This document shows, piece after piece, positions 47,540 through 61,279 of a stretch of DNA of 64,000 nt. The position numbers and the translations under genes are program-made. The notes under the pieces were generated by a model, which worked only from the letters and a program-made list of their open reading frames with translations, searched no databases and was not told where the DNA came from. The DNA lies in assembly GCA_013265495.1 (NCBI GenBank), contig MU058557.1, positions 1 to 64,000 of the forward strand, read 5' to 3'. Each line of letters begins with the position of its first letter. The first letter of the stretch is position 1. Source of the stretch: Vicugna vicugna. Its lineage: Eukaryota.

Positions 47540-48275
47540 GGGCTCAGTCAGAGCAAACCCATCGTCCCCCCAGGCCCCTACCCGGCCCTGTCACCCCCAC
47601 GTCCCCGCTCCTCCCCCCCCCCCCCCCCCCTCCCCCCCGCCGGAAGCCCCCTGCGCTGCTGACCTGGTGGCACCCATCACCATCCTCAGGCTGAGCTGTG
47701 CTGGTTCTCCTGCTCTGCTTGTCCCTGGGCACCGGCTCCAGGGGCAGCAGGCCCAGAGTCCCCGGCGGTCGGCCCTTTGAGGGGCACCCCACACCAGCCC
47801 TGGGAGGGGCTGGGGTCCCAGTGCCCCAGGGTCCCCTCACCTCCTGCCTCCCTAGACAGTGTCACCCCCCTGGCAGCCCCGGGCTCAGGGCCCAGGCAGG
47901 CCTGTGGGTGTCTCCCCGAGGCCTGGAGGCCTGTCCCAGCCAGCACGGGGGGAGAGCCAGTGGGAATCCCAGAGACCTGGGGTGGGTCCCCGAGCTGCTC
48001 TGCCCCCACATGCACACGGCCCCCCGGCTCTGGCCCAGGCCTCACTCGGCCGCTCCCTTGTCCCCCTGCACCATCAGTGCAGGGCTGCCTCCAAGCAGAG
48101 AGCCCACGCCCCCCTCCCCAGGGGGCCCTGAGGCAGAGCAGGGGCTCAGGGCTAGTGAGTGGTGGGGTCGGCGGGCACAGAAGCCCGGGCACGTGCTCGG
48201 CCCCATAGCCAGGGACCAGGCCGGAGTGGACTCCTTGAGCCCGAGGGCCTGGAGGGAGGAGTGCGTGGGGTGGGG
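47540..48275 (-). repeat. Right arm of the 3'RR inverted repeat
   Basis: Identical translations on opposite strands (43590..44021 - vs 47777..48208 +; 43667..43939 - vs 47859..48131 +). Confidence 0.95.
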
Positions 48276-49689
48276 TGCAGTGTGAACACGAGCACCTGTG
48301 CCTGTGTGAGTGTGTCAGTGTGCTCTGGGTGTGTGTGAAGGGGTGACTGTGAGTCTGGGTGCCTTGTGTGTCTGTGAATGTGTAGCAGGTGGTGTAGTGT
48401 GTGTGGACGTGTCTCTGACTGCATTTCCCAGCACAGGTGTGTACGTGAGCTGAGTGTAGGTGTATTCACGAGGGTGGGCCGTGAGCGGGGAGTGGGTCAG
48501 TAGTCTGTCCATGGCTGGGACCCTTGCCTCGAGCCCCCACTTGCCCCTGAGGCTGAGTCATGCGGGTCCCACCCCACTCCTCCCCACTCACCCTGTCGGG
48601 GAGCCAGGCCTAGCCCAGACCCCAAAGGACTCCTCAGCCCCCACATGCCCCCTCCCTCCTGGGTGATGGCCTCTGTTTGGAGCTGGGAGTCTGGGGGCTC
48701 CGCCCAGTCCAGGGAGCTGCTGGGCAGTTTCTCCCCACTGGGAGACCCGCACAGGCCCCAGCCCCCAACATGCTCATGCACAGACACACCTGTCCACACA
48801 CTGCACACACATTGCGCACACAGGCCCTCGTCTGGGCTGCGTGTCACTCAAGAACCACCTGGCTGCTATCCACCATGGGGCCCACGTCACAGTGCACACC
48901 CCTCTGCCTGTGCCCGGCTGGGCTGCCCAGGGGGTGGAGGGGCCCGTGGGGAACCAGCAGGGACCTGGAAGGTGGACGGGGTCCTGCCCTGGGGGTGAGG
49001 GGAGCCCCCAGTGCACAATTGTATGCACTGCGCACACCTATGCACACCTGTGCACACACCTGCAGGCTGTGTTCACTCCACGTGGCTTCACACCCTTGTG
49101 TCCACACTCACATGTCCACACTCACACGCACACGTGTGGATCGTGGGGCTTGAACCTGGTGCTTGGGGTCAGAGGGCACTGGCCCAGTGGGCACCCCAGC
49201 CTCCCCAGGCCTCTGTGGTCAGCACTGAGGTCAGAGCCATGAGGTTGCAGCAAGGGGGCAGCGTGGCCCCAAGGAGCCCAGGCGAGGGCAGCTCAGGTCA
49301 CCTGCATCTCAAGGACACCCGGGCAGCCGGGGCCAGGGCCGCAGCACATGTGGGCACACGTGTGTGCTGTGTGTGCACATACATGTGGGTGTGAGGGTGG
49401 CGCCGGGGCCTGCCCAGCGCTAAGCCTCTCTAACTGTCACCTCAGCCCAGGGACATGGTGGTTCAGGAAGGTTCCCTCCGGCCAGGCCACAGGCCACAGG
49501 CCACACGCTGATGGGCATCTTGGCCACTGGGGCCAGGACCCCAGCAGGGGCTCGGCATGTGCCCAGGGCAGGGGCCGCATACCCCAGGGGCCCACTGGGA
49601 CCCCCAGTGTCCTATCCGGCGAGGTTCCCCTCCCCCCGCCCAGCCTGAAAAACAAGGCTCCCTGGAAGCCGGCTGTGGCCCCCGCCCCG

Positions 49690-49850
49690 GACACAGGCAC
49701 AAACACACACTTGCAAATAGTTCTAAAAACACCGAGGACGAGAACCGCAGAGCAGGTGGGGGCCGGGGTGGAAAGCCCCGCTCGCCCCTGAGATGGAAAT
49801 AGCAGAGACCAGGCCGGGGCATTTGCATCGCTGCGGGGGGAGGGCTGGCG
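49690..49850 (+). promoter_or_regulatory. IgH 3'RR enhancer hs4
   Basis: NF-kB GGAAAGCCCC 49770-49779 followed by octamer ATTTGCAT 49821-49828, the hs4 arrangement; 3' of the palindrome. Confidence 0.85.
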
Positions 49851-50529
49851 CTGCGGCTCGGGAGAGCTCCTGACCACCCCCTCCCAGGCCCGGGCACCCC
49901 CTCCAGGTGGCCAGGCCTGTGCTGTGGCTGGGCCCAGAGTGACCAGGCATCCAGGGTGCTTCCCAGAGGACTGCCTGGTGGAGGGGGCCCTGAGGGAGGG
50001 GAGGGGCCAGGCACAGCCCCCAGCACAGGGCCTGGCACCTGGGGACGAAGCCCCTGGCCCACAGCCTGGTCCCTCCCAGCTGGCAGCTCCAGCCTCACAG
50101 CCCCTCACTGCCCATCCTGCCACCGAAACTTCACCCCTGCTGTGCCCAGAGCAGAGCCTGCCCATTCCACAGCCAACTCAGGCTGCAGCCCCCACCCAAA
50201 CCGGTGACCCTCTGGGCCTGCCCCAAACGGCCAGATTGGCCCTTGTCTCGAGTGGGCCCTAGAGACCCCATGAGAACTCACACAGGGGCTGCCCCTGGCT
50301 CCACCACCTGCAGACTGAAACCCCAGAGGGCCAGCATGGCTGAGGTGGCCACGTCTGCGTGGGGCCAGACTGCGCCTGCATCCACCCCCCAGCCGGGCCC
50401 AAGACCTCCAGGGAAGACTCCTCAACTGAGGGAGGGGCTCCTGGGAGGACCCCCAGGGTGTGGCTCCATGGGTGGCCTTCCTTACACACAGTCTGCACAA
50501 ACATGGCCGTGTAGACTCCCACAGTCACA

Positions 50530-50875
50530 GTGACACACGAGCAGACACACAGACAGACCCACACAGACACACAGACACAGAGACACAGAGATACTGAAAC
50601 ACACAGAGAGACACAGAGACACAGACACACAGAGAGACTGAGACACAGAGAGAGAGAGAGACACACAGAGACACAAAGAAACAGAGACACACAGATACAG
50701 AGAGACACACAGAGACAAAGAGATACTGAGACACACAGAGACACAGACAGAGAGAGACACACAGAGACACAGACACAAGGAGACAAAGAGACACAGAGAC
50801 ACAGAGATACTGAGACACACAGACACAGGGACATGTGAAGACACACAGAAAAGCAGACACACTACAGGACACAGA
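50530..50875. repeat. AGAC/ACAC-rich simple repeat
   Basis: gagacacagagacacacag... (similar blocks at 43330-43500 and 45385-45560). Confidence 0.85.
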
Positions 50876-51159
50876 GGTGTTAACATAAAGACAGACCAAC
50901 AGAATCCACAGCCAAAGAGACGCACAAACACAGGGGCCTCTCAGACAAAAACCTCTGTTCACACTGGCAGTTATATATCTAGACAGAACCTAAAACACAC
51001 AATACACACTCAGCACATGGAAAAACACACATAGACTACACAGATTTACAAGGACACTGAAGAATTGGCTCCACATGAGTCACAGGTGACAAAGTTCACA
51101 CACCACACAGACTCAGAGGGACATGGATCACGCAGGCACATGGATAACACAGGAATAAA

Positions 51160-54100
51160 GGTCACACAGACACACACGTCACCCAAACACAGGCACACAG
51201 ATCATACAACACACAGGTCACACAGAAAGACATATCACACATCACATAGGTAACACAGAGGAAATAATGGTCACACAGTAACAGAACAGAGCAACACAGG
51301 TCACACAGGTCACACAGGTCACACAGGCACACAGGCACACAAGACACACAGGAACACAGGCCACACAGGTCACACAGGGCACACAGGCCACACAGGTCAC
51401 ACAGGGCACACAGGCCACACAGGTCACACAGGGCACACAGGCCACACAGGTCACACAGGGCACACAGGCCACACAGGTCACACAGGGCACACAGGCCACA
51501 CAGGTCACACAGGGCACACAGGCCACACAGGTCACACAGGGCACACAGGCCACACAGGTCACACAGGGCACACAGGCCACACAGGTCACACAGGGCACAC
51601 AGGCCACACAGGTCACACAGGGCACACAGGCCACACAGGTCACACAGGGCACACAGGCCACACAGGTCACACAGGGCACACAGGCCACACAGGTCACACA
51701 GGGCACACAGGCCACACAGGTCACACAGGGCACACAGGCCACACAGGTCACACAGGGCACACAGGCCACACAGGTCACACAGGGCACACAGGCCACACAG
51801 GTCACACAGGGCACACAGGCCACACAGGTCACACAGGGCACACAGGCCACACAGGTCACACAGGGCACACAGACACACAGGTAACACAGAGGAAATAATG
51901 GTCACACAGTAACAGAACACAGCAACACAGGTCACACAGGCCACACAGGTCACACAGGCCACTCAGGCCACACAGGGCACACAGACACACAGGTCACACA
52001 GGTCACACAGGCCACACAGGCCACACAGGCACACAGGTCACACAGGGCACACAGGCACACAGGCCACACAGGCCACACAGGCACACAGGTCACACAGGTC
52101 ACAGAGGCACACAGGTCACACAGGAACACAGGCCACACAGGCCACACAGGCACACGGGCCACACAGGCCACTCAGGCACACAGGCACACAGGCCACACAG
52201 GCACATAGGTCACATAGGCACACAGGCCACACAGGCACACAGGTCACACTGGCCACACAGGACACACAGGCACACAAGGCCCCCAGGCAAACAAGCTCAC
52301 ACAGCCCACAGGCCNNNNNNNNNNNNNNNNNNNNNNNNNNNNNNNNNNNNNNNNNNNNNNNNNNNNNNNNNNNNNNNNNNNNNNNNNNNNNNNNNNNNNN
52401 NNNNNNNNNNNNNNNNNNNNNNNNNNNNNNNNNNNNNNNNNNNNNNNNNNNNNNNNNNNNNNNNNNNNNNNNNNNNNNNNNNNNNNNNNNNNNNNNNNNN
52501 NNNNNNNNNNNNNNNNNNNNNNNNNNNNNNNNNNNNNNNNNNNNNNNNNNNNNNNNNNNNNNNNNNNNNNNNNNNNNNNNNNNNNNNNNNNNNNNNNNNN
52601 NNNNNNNNNNNNNNNNNNNNNNNNNNNNNNNNNNNNNNNNNNNNNNNNNNNNNNNNNNNNNNNNNNNNNNNNNNNNNNNNNNNNNNNNNNNNNNNNNNNN
52701 NNNNNNNNNNNNNNNNNNNNNNNNNNNNNNNNNNNNNACACAGGCACACAGGCCACACAGGCACACAGGTCACACAGGTCACGTAGGCCACACAGGCACA
52801 CAGGCACACAGGCCACACAGGCACACAGGCCACACAGGCACAGAGGTCACACAGGTCACACAGGTCACACAGGCACACAAGCCACACAGGCAACACAGGA
52901 CACACAGGACACACAGGACACACAGGCTACACAGGTCACACAGGCCACACAGGCACAGAGGTCACACAGGCACACAGGTCACACAGGCACACAGGCCACA
53001 CAGGACACACAGGCACACAGGGCACACAGGACACACAGGCACACAGGGCACACAGGACACACAGGCACACAGGGCACACAGGACACACAGGCACACAGGG
53101 CACACAGGACACACAGGCACACAGGGCACACAGGACACACAGGCACACAGGGCACACAGGACACACAGGCACACAGGGCACACAGGACACACAGGCACAC
53201 AGGGCACACAGGACACACAGGCACACAGGGCACACAGGACACACAGGCACACAGGGCACACAGGACACACAGGCACACAGGTCACACAGGTCACACAGGT
53301 CACACAGGCACACAGGTCACACTGGCCACACAGGCCACACAGGCCACACAGGCCACACAGACACACAGGCACACAGGCACACAGGTCACTCAGGTCACAC
53401 AGGTCACACAGGCACACAGGTCACGTAGGCCACACAGGACACACAGGACACACAGGCACACAGGCCACACAGGCCACACAGGCCACACAGGCCACACAGG
53501 CCACACAGGCCACACAGGCCACACAGACACACAGGCACACTGGTCACACAGGCACACAGGACACACAGGACACACAGGCACACAGGCACACCGGCACACA
53601 GGCCACACAGACACACAGGCACACTGGTCACACAGGCACACAGGACACACAGGTCACACAGGCACACGGGTCACACAGGCCACACAGGCACACAGGTCAC
53701 ACAGGTCACACAGGCCACACAGGCACACAGGCCACACAGGCACACAGGTCACGTAGGCCACACAGGACACACAGGACACACAGGCACACAGGGCACACAG
53801 GTCACACAGGTCACACAGGCCACACAGGCACACAGGCCACACAGGCACACAGGTCACGTAGGCCACACAGGACACACAGGACACACAGGCACACAGGGCA
53901 CACAGGTCACACAGGTCACACAGGCCACACAGGCACACAGGCCACACAGGCACACAGGTCACGTAGGCCACACAGGACACACAGGACACACAGGCACACA
54001 GGGCACACAGGTCACACAGGTCACACAGGCCACACAGGCACACAGGCCACACAGGCACACAGGTCACGTAGGCCACACAGGACACACAGGACACACAGGC

Positions 54101-55610
54101 ACACAGGGCACACAGGTCACACAGGTCACACAGGCCACACAGGCACACAGGCCACACAGGCACACAGGTCACGTAGGCCACACAGGACACACAGGACACA
54201 CAGGCACACAGGGCACACAGGTCACACAGGTCACACAGGCCACACAGGCACACAGGCCACACAGGCACACAGGTCACGTAGGCCACACAGGACACACAGG
54301 ACACACAGGCACACAGGGCACACAGGTCACACAGGTCACACAGGCCACACAGGCACACAGGCCACACAGGCACACAGGTCACGTAGGCCACACAGGACAC
54401 ACAGGACACACAGGCACACAGGGCACACAGGTCACACAGGTCACACAGGCCACACAGGCACACAGGCCACACAGGCACACAGGTCACGTAGGCCACACAG
54501 GACACACAGGACACACAGGCACACAGGGCACACAGGTCACACAGGTCACACAGGCCACACAGGCACACAGGCCACACAGGCACACAGGTCACGTAGGCCA
54601 CACAGGACACACAGGACACACAGGCACACAGGGCACACAGGTCACACAGGTCACACAGGCCACACAGGCACACAGGCCACACAGGCACACAGGTCACGTA
54701 GGCCACACAGGACACACAGGACACACAGGCACACAGGGCACACAGGTCACACAGGTCACACAGGCCACACAGGCACACAGGCCACACAGGCACACAGGTC
54801 ACGTAGGCCACACAGGACACACAGGACACACAGGCACACAGGGCACACAGGTCACACAGGTCACACAGGCCACACAGGCACACAGGCCACACAGGCACAC
54901 AGGTCACGTAGGCCACACAGGACACACAGGACACACAGGCACACAGGGCACACAGGTCACACAGGTCACACAGGCCACACAGGCACACAGGCCACACAGG
55001 CACACAGGTCACGTAGGCCACACAGGACACACAGGACACACAGGCACACAGGGCACACAGGTCACACAGGTCACACAGGCACACAGGTCACGTAGGCCAC
55101 ACAGGACACACAGGACACACAGGACACACAGGCACACAGGTCACACAGGTCACACAGGCACACAGGTCACACAGGTCACACAGGCCACACAGGCACAGAG
55201 GTCACACAGGTCACACAGGCACACAGGCCACACAGCCACACAGGCCACATAGGCCACACAGGACACACAGGACACACAGGCACTCAGGTCACACAGGTCA
55301 CATAGGCCACACAGGCCACACAGGACACACAGGTCACACAGGCACATGGGTCACACAGGTCACACCGGTCACACAGGACACACAGGCTCACAGGCACACA
55401 GATCACACAGGTCACACAGGCACATGGGCCACACAGGCCACATAGGCACACAGGCCACACAGGCACACAGGTCACACAGGCACACAGGCCACACAGGCAC
55501 ACAGGCCACACAGGCACACAGGCACACAGGCCACACAGCCACACAGGCCACATAGGCCACACAGGACACACAGGACACACAGGCACTCAGGTCACACAGG
55601 TCACACAGGC
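51160..55610. repeat. CA-rich minisatellite of 8-9-bp monomers with 27-bp (~51360-51870), 26-bp (~53000-53280) and 105-bp (~53690-55080) higher-order units
   Basis: Periods read directly and from ORF periodicity (9 aa and 35 aa). Confidence 0.95.
52315..52737. other. Assembly gap (423 N)
   Basis: Run of N within the minisatellite. Confidence 1.
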
Positions 55611-58600
55611 ACTGGCCCTCAGGCCTGTACCCCAGACAGTGACGGCACCTGGGGCAGGGCTGGCCGCACAGCCAGAGCCCCTCTGGCCTGGCACCTGGCG
55701 GCCACAGGGACAACAGGCTGTGTGCATGAGGCCCGGGGCCAGGCGAGTGTGCACACACACTCACCCCCACCCTCGCACCCACACACACACCAGTGCCGCC
55801 GTCCGGTCGCTCCCGCTGAGGCCCCACCTGCCGGGCAGGCTGAACACCAGGGTCCCCGGGCCAGTTGCCCTGGGCTCGTGCGGTCAGGACCCTGGCCTGT
55901 GCGCCCCTCCCTAGGTGGACCCCTCACTGCCCTGCGATGCCTCCTGCACCCCTGGGATTGCTCTCGAACCCACAGCTGACCACGGCCCCCAGGGTGCAGC
56001 CCGGTCAGGCCGTGCCCTGCGCGGCAGCCTCCCTCCAGCCTCCCTCAACAGTAGAGCCCGTGGAGGGGTCTCTGGGACCCAGCCCGAGGGCAGCAGTTGC
56101 GGGCCTGTCGCCGCCTTCCCCCCTCCTCCCTCCTCACACTGAGCCCTCGGGCCACCCTGGACGCTTGTCCAGGAATCTCCAGGTCACCGGTGCCCCGGCC
56201 TTGCTGCCCCCACAAGCACGGCCCTGGCCCCCAGGGGCCACAGGACAGCACTCCCCCCACACAGCCACGGCAGGGCCTGGCTGAGCCGGCCCCGCGGGGA
56301 CCCTGAGACCCGCACTGCGGGGACCCGCGGGGAGTGACAGCTGGAAGGCTGGCGGGGCCTCAGGGAAGAAGGGCCAGGGGCTCACTGCTGCCCGATTTAG
56401 GGCACTTTTCTGTCAGACTGCGACATCTCATAATAAAAACGGTTCGGTATTCAAGAGAAAGGAAGCGTCAACGGGAGGGAGGGGGCAGGCGGGGTGGGTG
56501 CCCCCCAGTGAGTCTGGTGTAGAAAAACAGGAAGGGCCAGGAGCTCTGGGGACCAGGGAGGCGCCCACAGCAGGGGTGGGGGCGGGCAAGTGAGCAGGAG
56601 GCCTGGGCTGGGGGGGCCCATTCCACCGCCGGCCAGAGCCAGGACAACCGACCCAGCCAGCCACCTCCTGGGAGGGTCCCCTGGGGATGGTGGGTCACAC
56701 AGCCTCCTCCCCCAGGGCTCCTCTGTGCCCCTGGCAGAAGGCCCCCTCGGGGCTCCCTTCCCCTCCCTCGGCCCAGTCCCCCGTCAGCCCGGAGGCCCGG
56801 GGGTCGTCATGGCTGGCAAGGAACTGTCAGTCATCGAAAGGGATGTTCTGTGCCCCCGGGGGCTCCTACCCCACCGCCGCCCTCCCCAGAAGAGTCCGGG
56901 ACTGGGGCCCAGTCAGGAGGGGCCAGGGGAGGCCCGACACCCGGGGCAGCCCCCCAAGACTGGCTGGGGAGGGGCCAGGGGCCGAAATCGCCGGGCCTCA
57001 GCCCAGTCGGTGCCTGCACCGTTCGGGACGATTACACTGCTTCCTATTTTCCTCCCTGTATTAGAAACGTTAGCTCTGACACTGCTCTTGTAAAGCGCTG
57101 GGTCCCCGCGTGTGCTGCAGACACACCTGCACACTCCGCTCACAAAGTCTTACTGAAGTGACGGGGGACAAGGTGCTCAGGCACAGAGGGGATCCTCTAT
57201 TCTTTTGCAAGCAAGAGTCACATGTCACCTTTTGAAATACGATCGCATGGCACAGAGGCCTCGGGGACAGCCCCCCACCCTGGCCTCAGACTCGTGGGCT
57301 GGGGCCCCTCCCCAGGAGGAGTGGGAGTGGTCAGAGAGCAGGGGACGCAGAGGGGCTGGGGGGACCCCAGGGGCTGCAGACGGCGTGGTGTGGGAGAGGG
57401 GGGGCGGGAGGGGTCAAAGGAGAGGGGTCTCGTAGAGGGAAGTCAGCGGGGGTGGGGCTGAGAGGGCCCGACCCTGAGCCCCTGCTGCTCGTGGGGCCGA
57501 GACCTCGGACCTTCCCACCCCAGCCCGTCCGCAGGCCCAGCGGCTGCCTGTAGGACGGGCTGCAGGCCTTCCCTCGAGGCGGCCGTGCTAATCTCCCCAG
57601 AAAGACTTTGAGCAAGCGGACACTGAAAAATGGACCGCTCTGGGCTGCACCCACCAAGGCTGCTTGGACCCTAGGCTTCTGGTTCCTGGGCGCTCCCCGC
57701 CCCACCCCTCCCCTGCGGAGTCCCCGGTCCTGGCACCCTGGGCGCCAAACGCTGCCCTCAGCGGGACACTCACCACAGGTGCAGCCAGTGCAGCCCGATG
57801 ACCCAGGGCCAAGGGGTGGCCTAGCACCAGTGAGCCCGGCCTGGCAGGGGTCAGGACCCAGGCCGAGCCTGGGCTGGCATCAGGGTGGCCTAGAGCTGGG
57901 CTCAGGTAAGCCTGGGCCTGCCTCGGTGCAGGTGGCCCCTCAGGCCACTGCTGGCCACGGCGTCCGGAGCAGCACCTCTCAGCTGGACCTCAGGAGCCCG
58001 CACATGCCGGGCTCTGCTGCTCCCGTGTGGCCATCAGCAGCATCGCACCCACTCGGCCCACAGGAGGCTCTGCCCAGACCTGGGGCTCCTGGGGCGACAG
58101 GGGCAGTGGACAGGGGACACGAAGCAGTGGGGAGGGGCAGAGGGCAAGGGGCAGGGGGCATGGCCAGCACCACTTGGTGGATGGTGTCCGCGTTCAGCCT
58201 GGGACCCAGTCCGTGTGCATCCTGGGTCCAGTCCTCCCTGCCCCGCCCCCCGTCCTTTCAGGCAGGTGAGCTCTGGGCTCCTTGGAACCACCTTAAAGGA
58301 AGGGTCACACTGGGTGCCGGGCACACCGGGGGGCCCTGCGCCTGGGCTCCTGCGTTGTCAGGTGTGCACACTGCAGGGGTGTCGCTGTCCTGAGGTTGCC
58401 AGGCCCAGCCCGGGGTCGCGGGGAAGGCCTGAGGGTGGGCGTTCTGCTCCCTGGTCTGGGGGGGCTGCTCTGTGTATCACTGCAGTTTGGGGGACACCCC
58501 CGAAGGCCTGTGTCCCATGAGGTGGCATCCCAGTCCCTGCCCTGCATGTCCCAAGGTCAGTTGCAGTAGGTCCCGGGCAGGCGGTCACTCTCTGGTGTCC

Positions 58601-58676
58601 CCTAGGAGGACCAGCTGTGGGGCCACAGCCCCTCTCAGACCAATCCTGCGCAGCAGGGACCACAGGGTGGGGATCT

Positions 58677-58708
58677 CCGCCCCCTGGTGGCCATCCTGAG
58701 CCATGGCA
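58677..58708 (-). promoter_or_regulatory. CTCF motif (3' CBE-like)
   Basis: Minus strand TGCCATGGCTCAGGA-TGGCCACCAGGGGGCGG. Confidence 0.7.
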
Positions 58709-59704
58709 GTTCTGCCATCCCTGGGTCACAGACTAGTTTCCACAGCCTTGGGGCTCTGGACTGTGGCTCTGGAGACAACATGTGGGCAGTCGGGGATAGG
58801 GTCAAGGGTTCCCCTGGAGCTTGGCCAGGGCTGGGGCTCAGGGCTGCACCCGGGCCAGGCCAGGACTCAGTTCTGAGCCAGGTGAGCAGGTTCACCACAG
58901 CCCCAGAAACTCGCTAGCTCTCCCCCTGGACAGGGTGGAAGCCCTACCCCCACCACAGGCATCACCCCCCAGCAAGACTCCAGAGGCTGTTGCCCCAGAC
59001 CCAGGCCTTGTGTCCGTCTGCGACAAGGCATGGGTCTGGGACCTGGGTGGGCCCCAGTTTGTAATCAGGGCCGGTGGGGGGGTTCTGAATGGACAGCTGA
59101 GATGGCCAGAGAGGAGGGGGGCAGGTGCTGAGGAGTGCCATGCCCTGTGGCTGGGTTAGTGTAGGGGGCAGGGAGGGGCACCCGGCCAGGGCCTGTCAGA
59201 CCAAGGAGTCAGGGCAGACACCCTGCAGGCCGGACCCCTGAGGATGAGCTGGGAAGACTTCTACCATGAGCGGCAACAAGGAGAGCCCAGGGCCCGGGCT
59301 CTGGTGACGGAAAAGCCCTCTTGGTTCCCCACAGCCTCGGGCTGTTAGGAGCCGGGACCCACAGCCTCCAGGGGCCTTAAATGCCCTGACAACCACTGGC
59401 GTGGCTGGTCCCTGTGGACGGTCCAAAAGGGGCCTGGCATGTGCACACCTGGCTCCCCCAGGGCTGCCGACCTGGGACACTTAGGCTTCAGAGGCAAGCC
59501 TCAGGGGATGCTCAGGACAGAGATCTGAGAGCGGGAGCCCGCTGACAAAGAAAACCGCAATGGAGCAAACCCAGGAAGCCACCTCAAGCAAGAACCAGTG
59601 AAACAAAGACCTGCAGGGTAGACCCCAGGGGGAGCGTTCTCCGGACCGTCCGACCCACAGCGTGCACTGTGCGCGTGTCTGAGGGGTTTGGGGGGGCGGC
59701 GGGG

Positions 59705-59804
59705 TATTGGTTTATTTATTTATTTTTAGAGGAGGTTCTGGGGACTGAGCCCAGGACCTCACGCGTGCCAAGTACGCACTGCACTCCTGAGCTACGCCCT
59801 CCCC
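59705..59804 (-). mobile_element. tRNA-derived SINE (camelid Vic-1-like)
   Basis: Reverse complement ggggagggcgtagctcag...gaggtcctgggctcagtccccag..cctcc followed by an A-rich tail. Confidence 0.75.
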
Positions 59805-60164
59805 GCAAGATGCTTTTTTTAATTAAAGAATGTGTTCAAGGCTGACAAGAAAATAATATAAAAAGTTTCAACAAACCAATAGATTTGAAAAGAGCTCCTA
59901 GAACCGAAAAGGGTGGCATTTGACAGCAGCATCAAAATAGGCGAGACAAACAACACACAGGAAAGAGCTGAAGCGAGAACCGGGAGGGGGGAGGCACGCA
60001 GAGTCCGGGGGAGGGGCGCAGGGCAGCGACAGCGGTGGCCTGGAGCAGAAATCAAGCAACATGACATCCCCCAAAAGAAGAAGCGGGGGTGGGGGAGGCA
60101 GCGACCAGGCGCTGTGCAGAAGTGGTGAAAGGCTGTGCTCGTCCCTTTCCAGAATCCCGACAAA

Positions 60165-60536
60165 TCTCAAGCAGCGCGTGCTGCTGCGAGCACCGCACAC
60201 CGGGCAGCGGAAACCACAGGCTTCTCTCTCCCGGTCCTAGAGGCCAGGGGTCCGAGGCCAGGGGTCCAAGACCCAGGTGTTGGCTCCTCCTGAGGCCTCT
60301 CTCCTGGGCTGGCCGACGGCAGTCCTCCACCCGCCTCCCCATCCCGCGTCGTGTTCATCCCTCTGTGTGTCTGTATGCTCAACTCTTCCCACAAGGACAC
60401 CAGTCAGACCAGATCAGGACCCACCCTAGAGACCCCATTTGAGCTTGACCACCTCTTTAAAGTCACGTTCTGAGGTCCCGGGGGTTAAGGCTTCAACATT
60501 TGAATTTGGGGCAGGGGGACAGTTCAATCCACAACA
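60165..60536 (-). mobile_element. MLT1 solo LTR (antisense)
   Basis: ctgaggcctctctcctggg...aaggacaccagtca...gtcacgttctgaggtcc.gggggttaaggcttcaacat.tgaatttgggg. Confidence 0.7.
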
Positions 60537-60742
60537 TTAAACAGAAATAAAATGCAAGTTCTGGCACGTTGAGTGGAAGAGGATTCTAGGAGCACCCCGA
60601 CGGAAGGACGGGTGGCCGGGCACACCGGGCCGGGCAGGCTCAGCCGTGGCGGCCGGTCAGGGCTCAGCTGCTCTGGTTACACTGGCGGGTCCCGTCTGTG
60701 CAGCCGCGGCCCCATCCGTCCAGACCACATCGCGAGGCTCGG

Positions 60743-60774
60743 GCGCCCTCTGGTGGCCACGCTGCGCCATCGCA
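60743..60774 (-). promoter_or_regulatory. CTCF motif (3' CBE-like)
   Basis: Minus strand TGCGATGGCGCAGCG-TGGCCACCAGAGGGCGC. Confidence 0.75.
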
Positions 60775-61279
60775 TGAGCCCCATTCCCAGACCCCAGGAG
60801 AGAGGTCACTGGGCAGCACCTCCTGGCACCGGGACCATAGCCACTCACCCCCCGCGCGCCCCACACAGCCACCTGCAGGAACCAGGGAAAGGTCAGAAAC
60901 AGGGAAGAGGATGTCGAAGAAAGGCCTGGGGAGCCAGAGGGGGAGAGGAGGCCAGACAGGCAGGTGCCCCAGACAGGCACCACACAGAACCACTCGGCGC
61001 AGCTTAGTGGTTCCGGTGAGGCCGCCTAGAGACGGCGATAAACCCCGGACACGCCTAGGGGCCAGCAATGCGCCATGCGACAGCCTGGCAAGAAAGCCAG
61101 AGGGTCACTGTGGATCCACCTGATTGTACGTCCACCCTGGGACCCGGCCAGAGCTGGTGGCGCCACTGAGCAACAAAGTGATTAAGGAGTATTGCACTAC
61201 CTCCCAAAATATAAAACAAATGCCACGAGTCCACACTGAGTAAACATACTAAACAGCTGAATCAAAAATAAGTGGGTGC

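Noticed and set aside
43393..48285. Duplicated protein-coding genes on opposite strands
   Set aside because: The identical ORFs simply reflect the non-coding inverted repeat.
51162..55084. Cys-rich metallothionein- or keratin-associated-like ORFs (266 and 476 aa)
   Set aside because: Artefacts of TG-rich minisatellite lacking stop codons.
55688..55704. Additional CTCF-like matches (also 57941-57957 and ~61150)
   Set aside because: Mismatches at core positions; not distinguishable from GC-rich background by eye.
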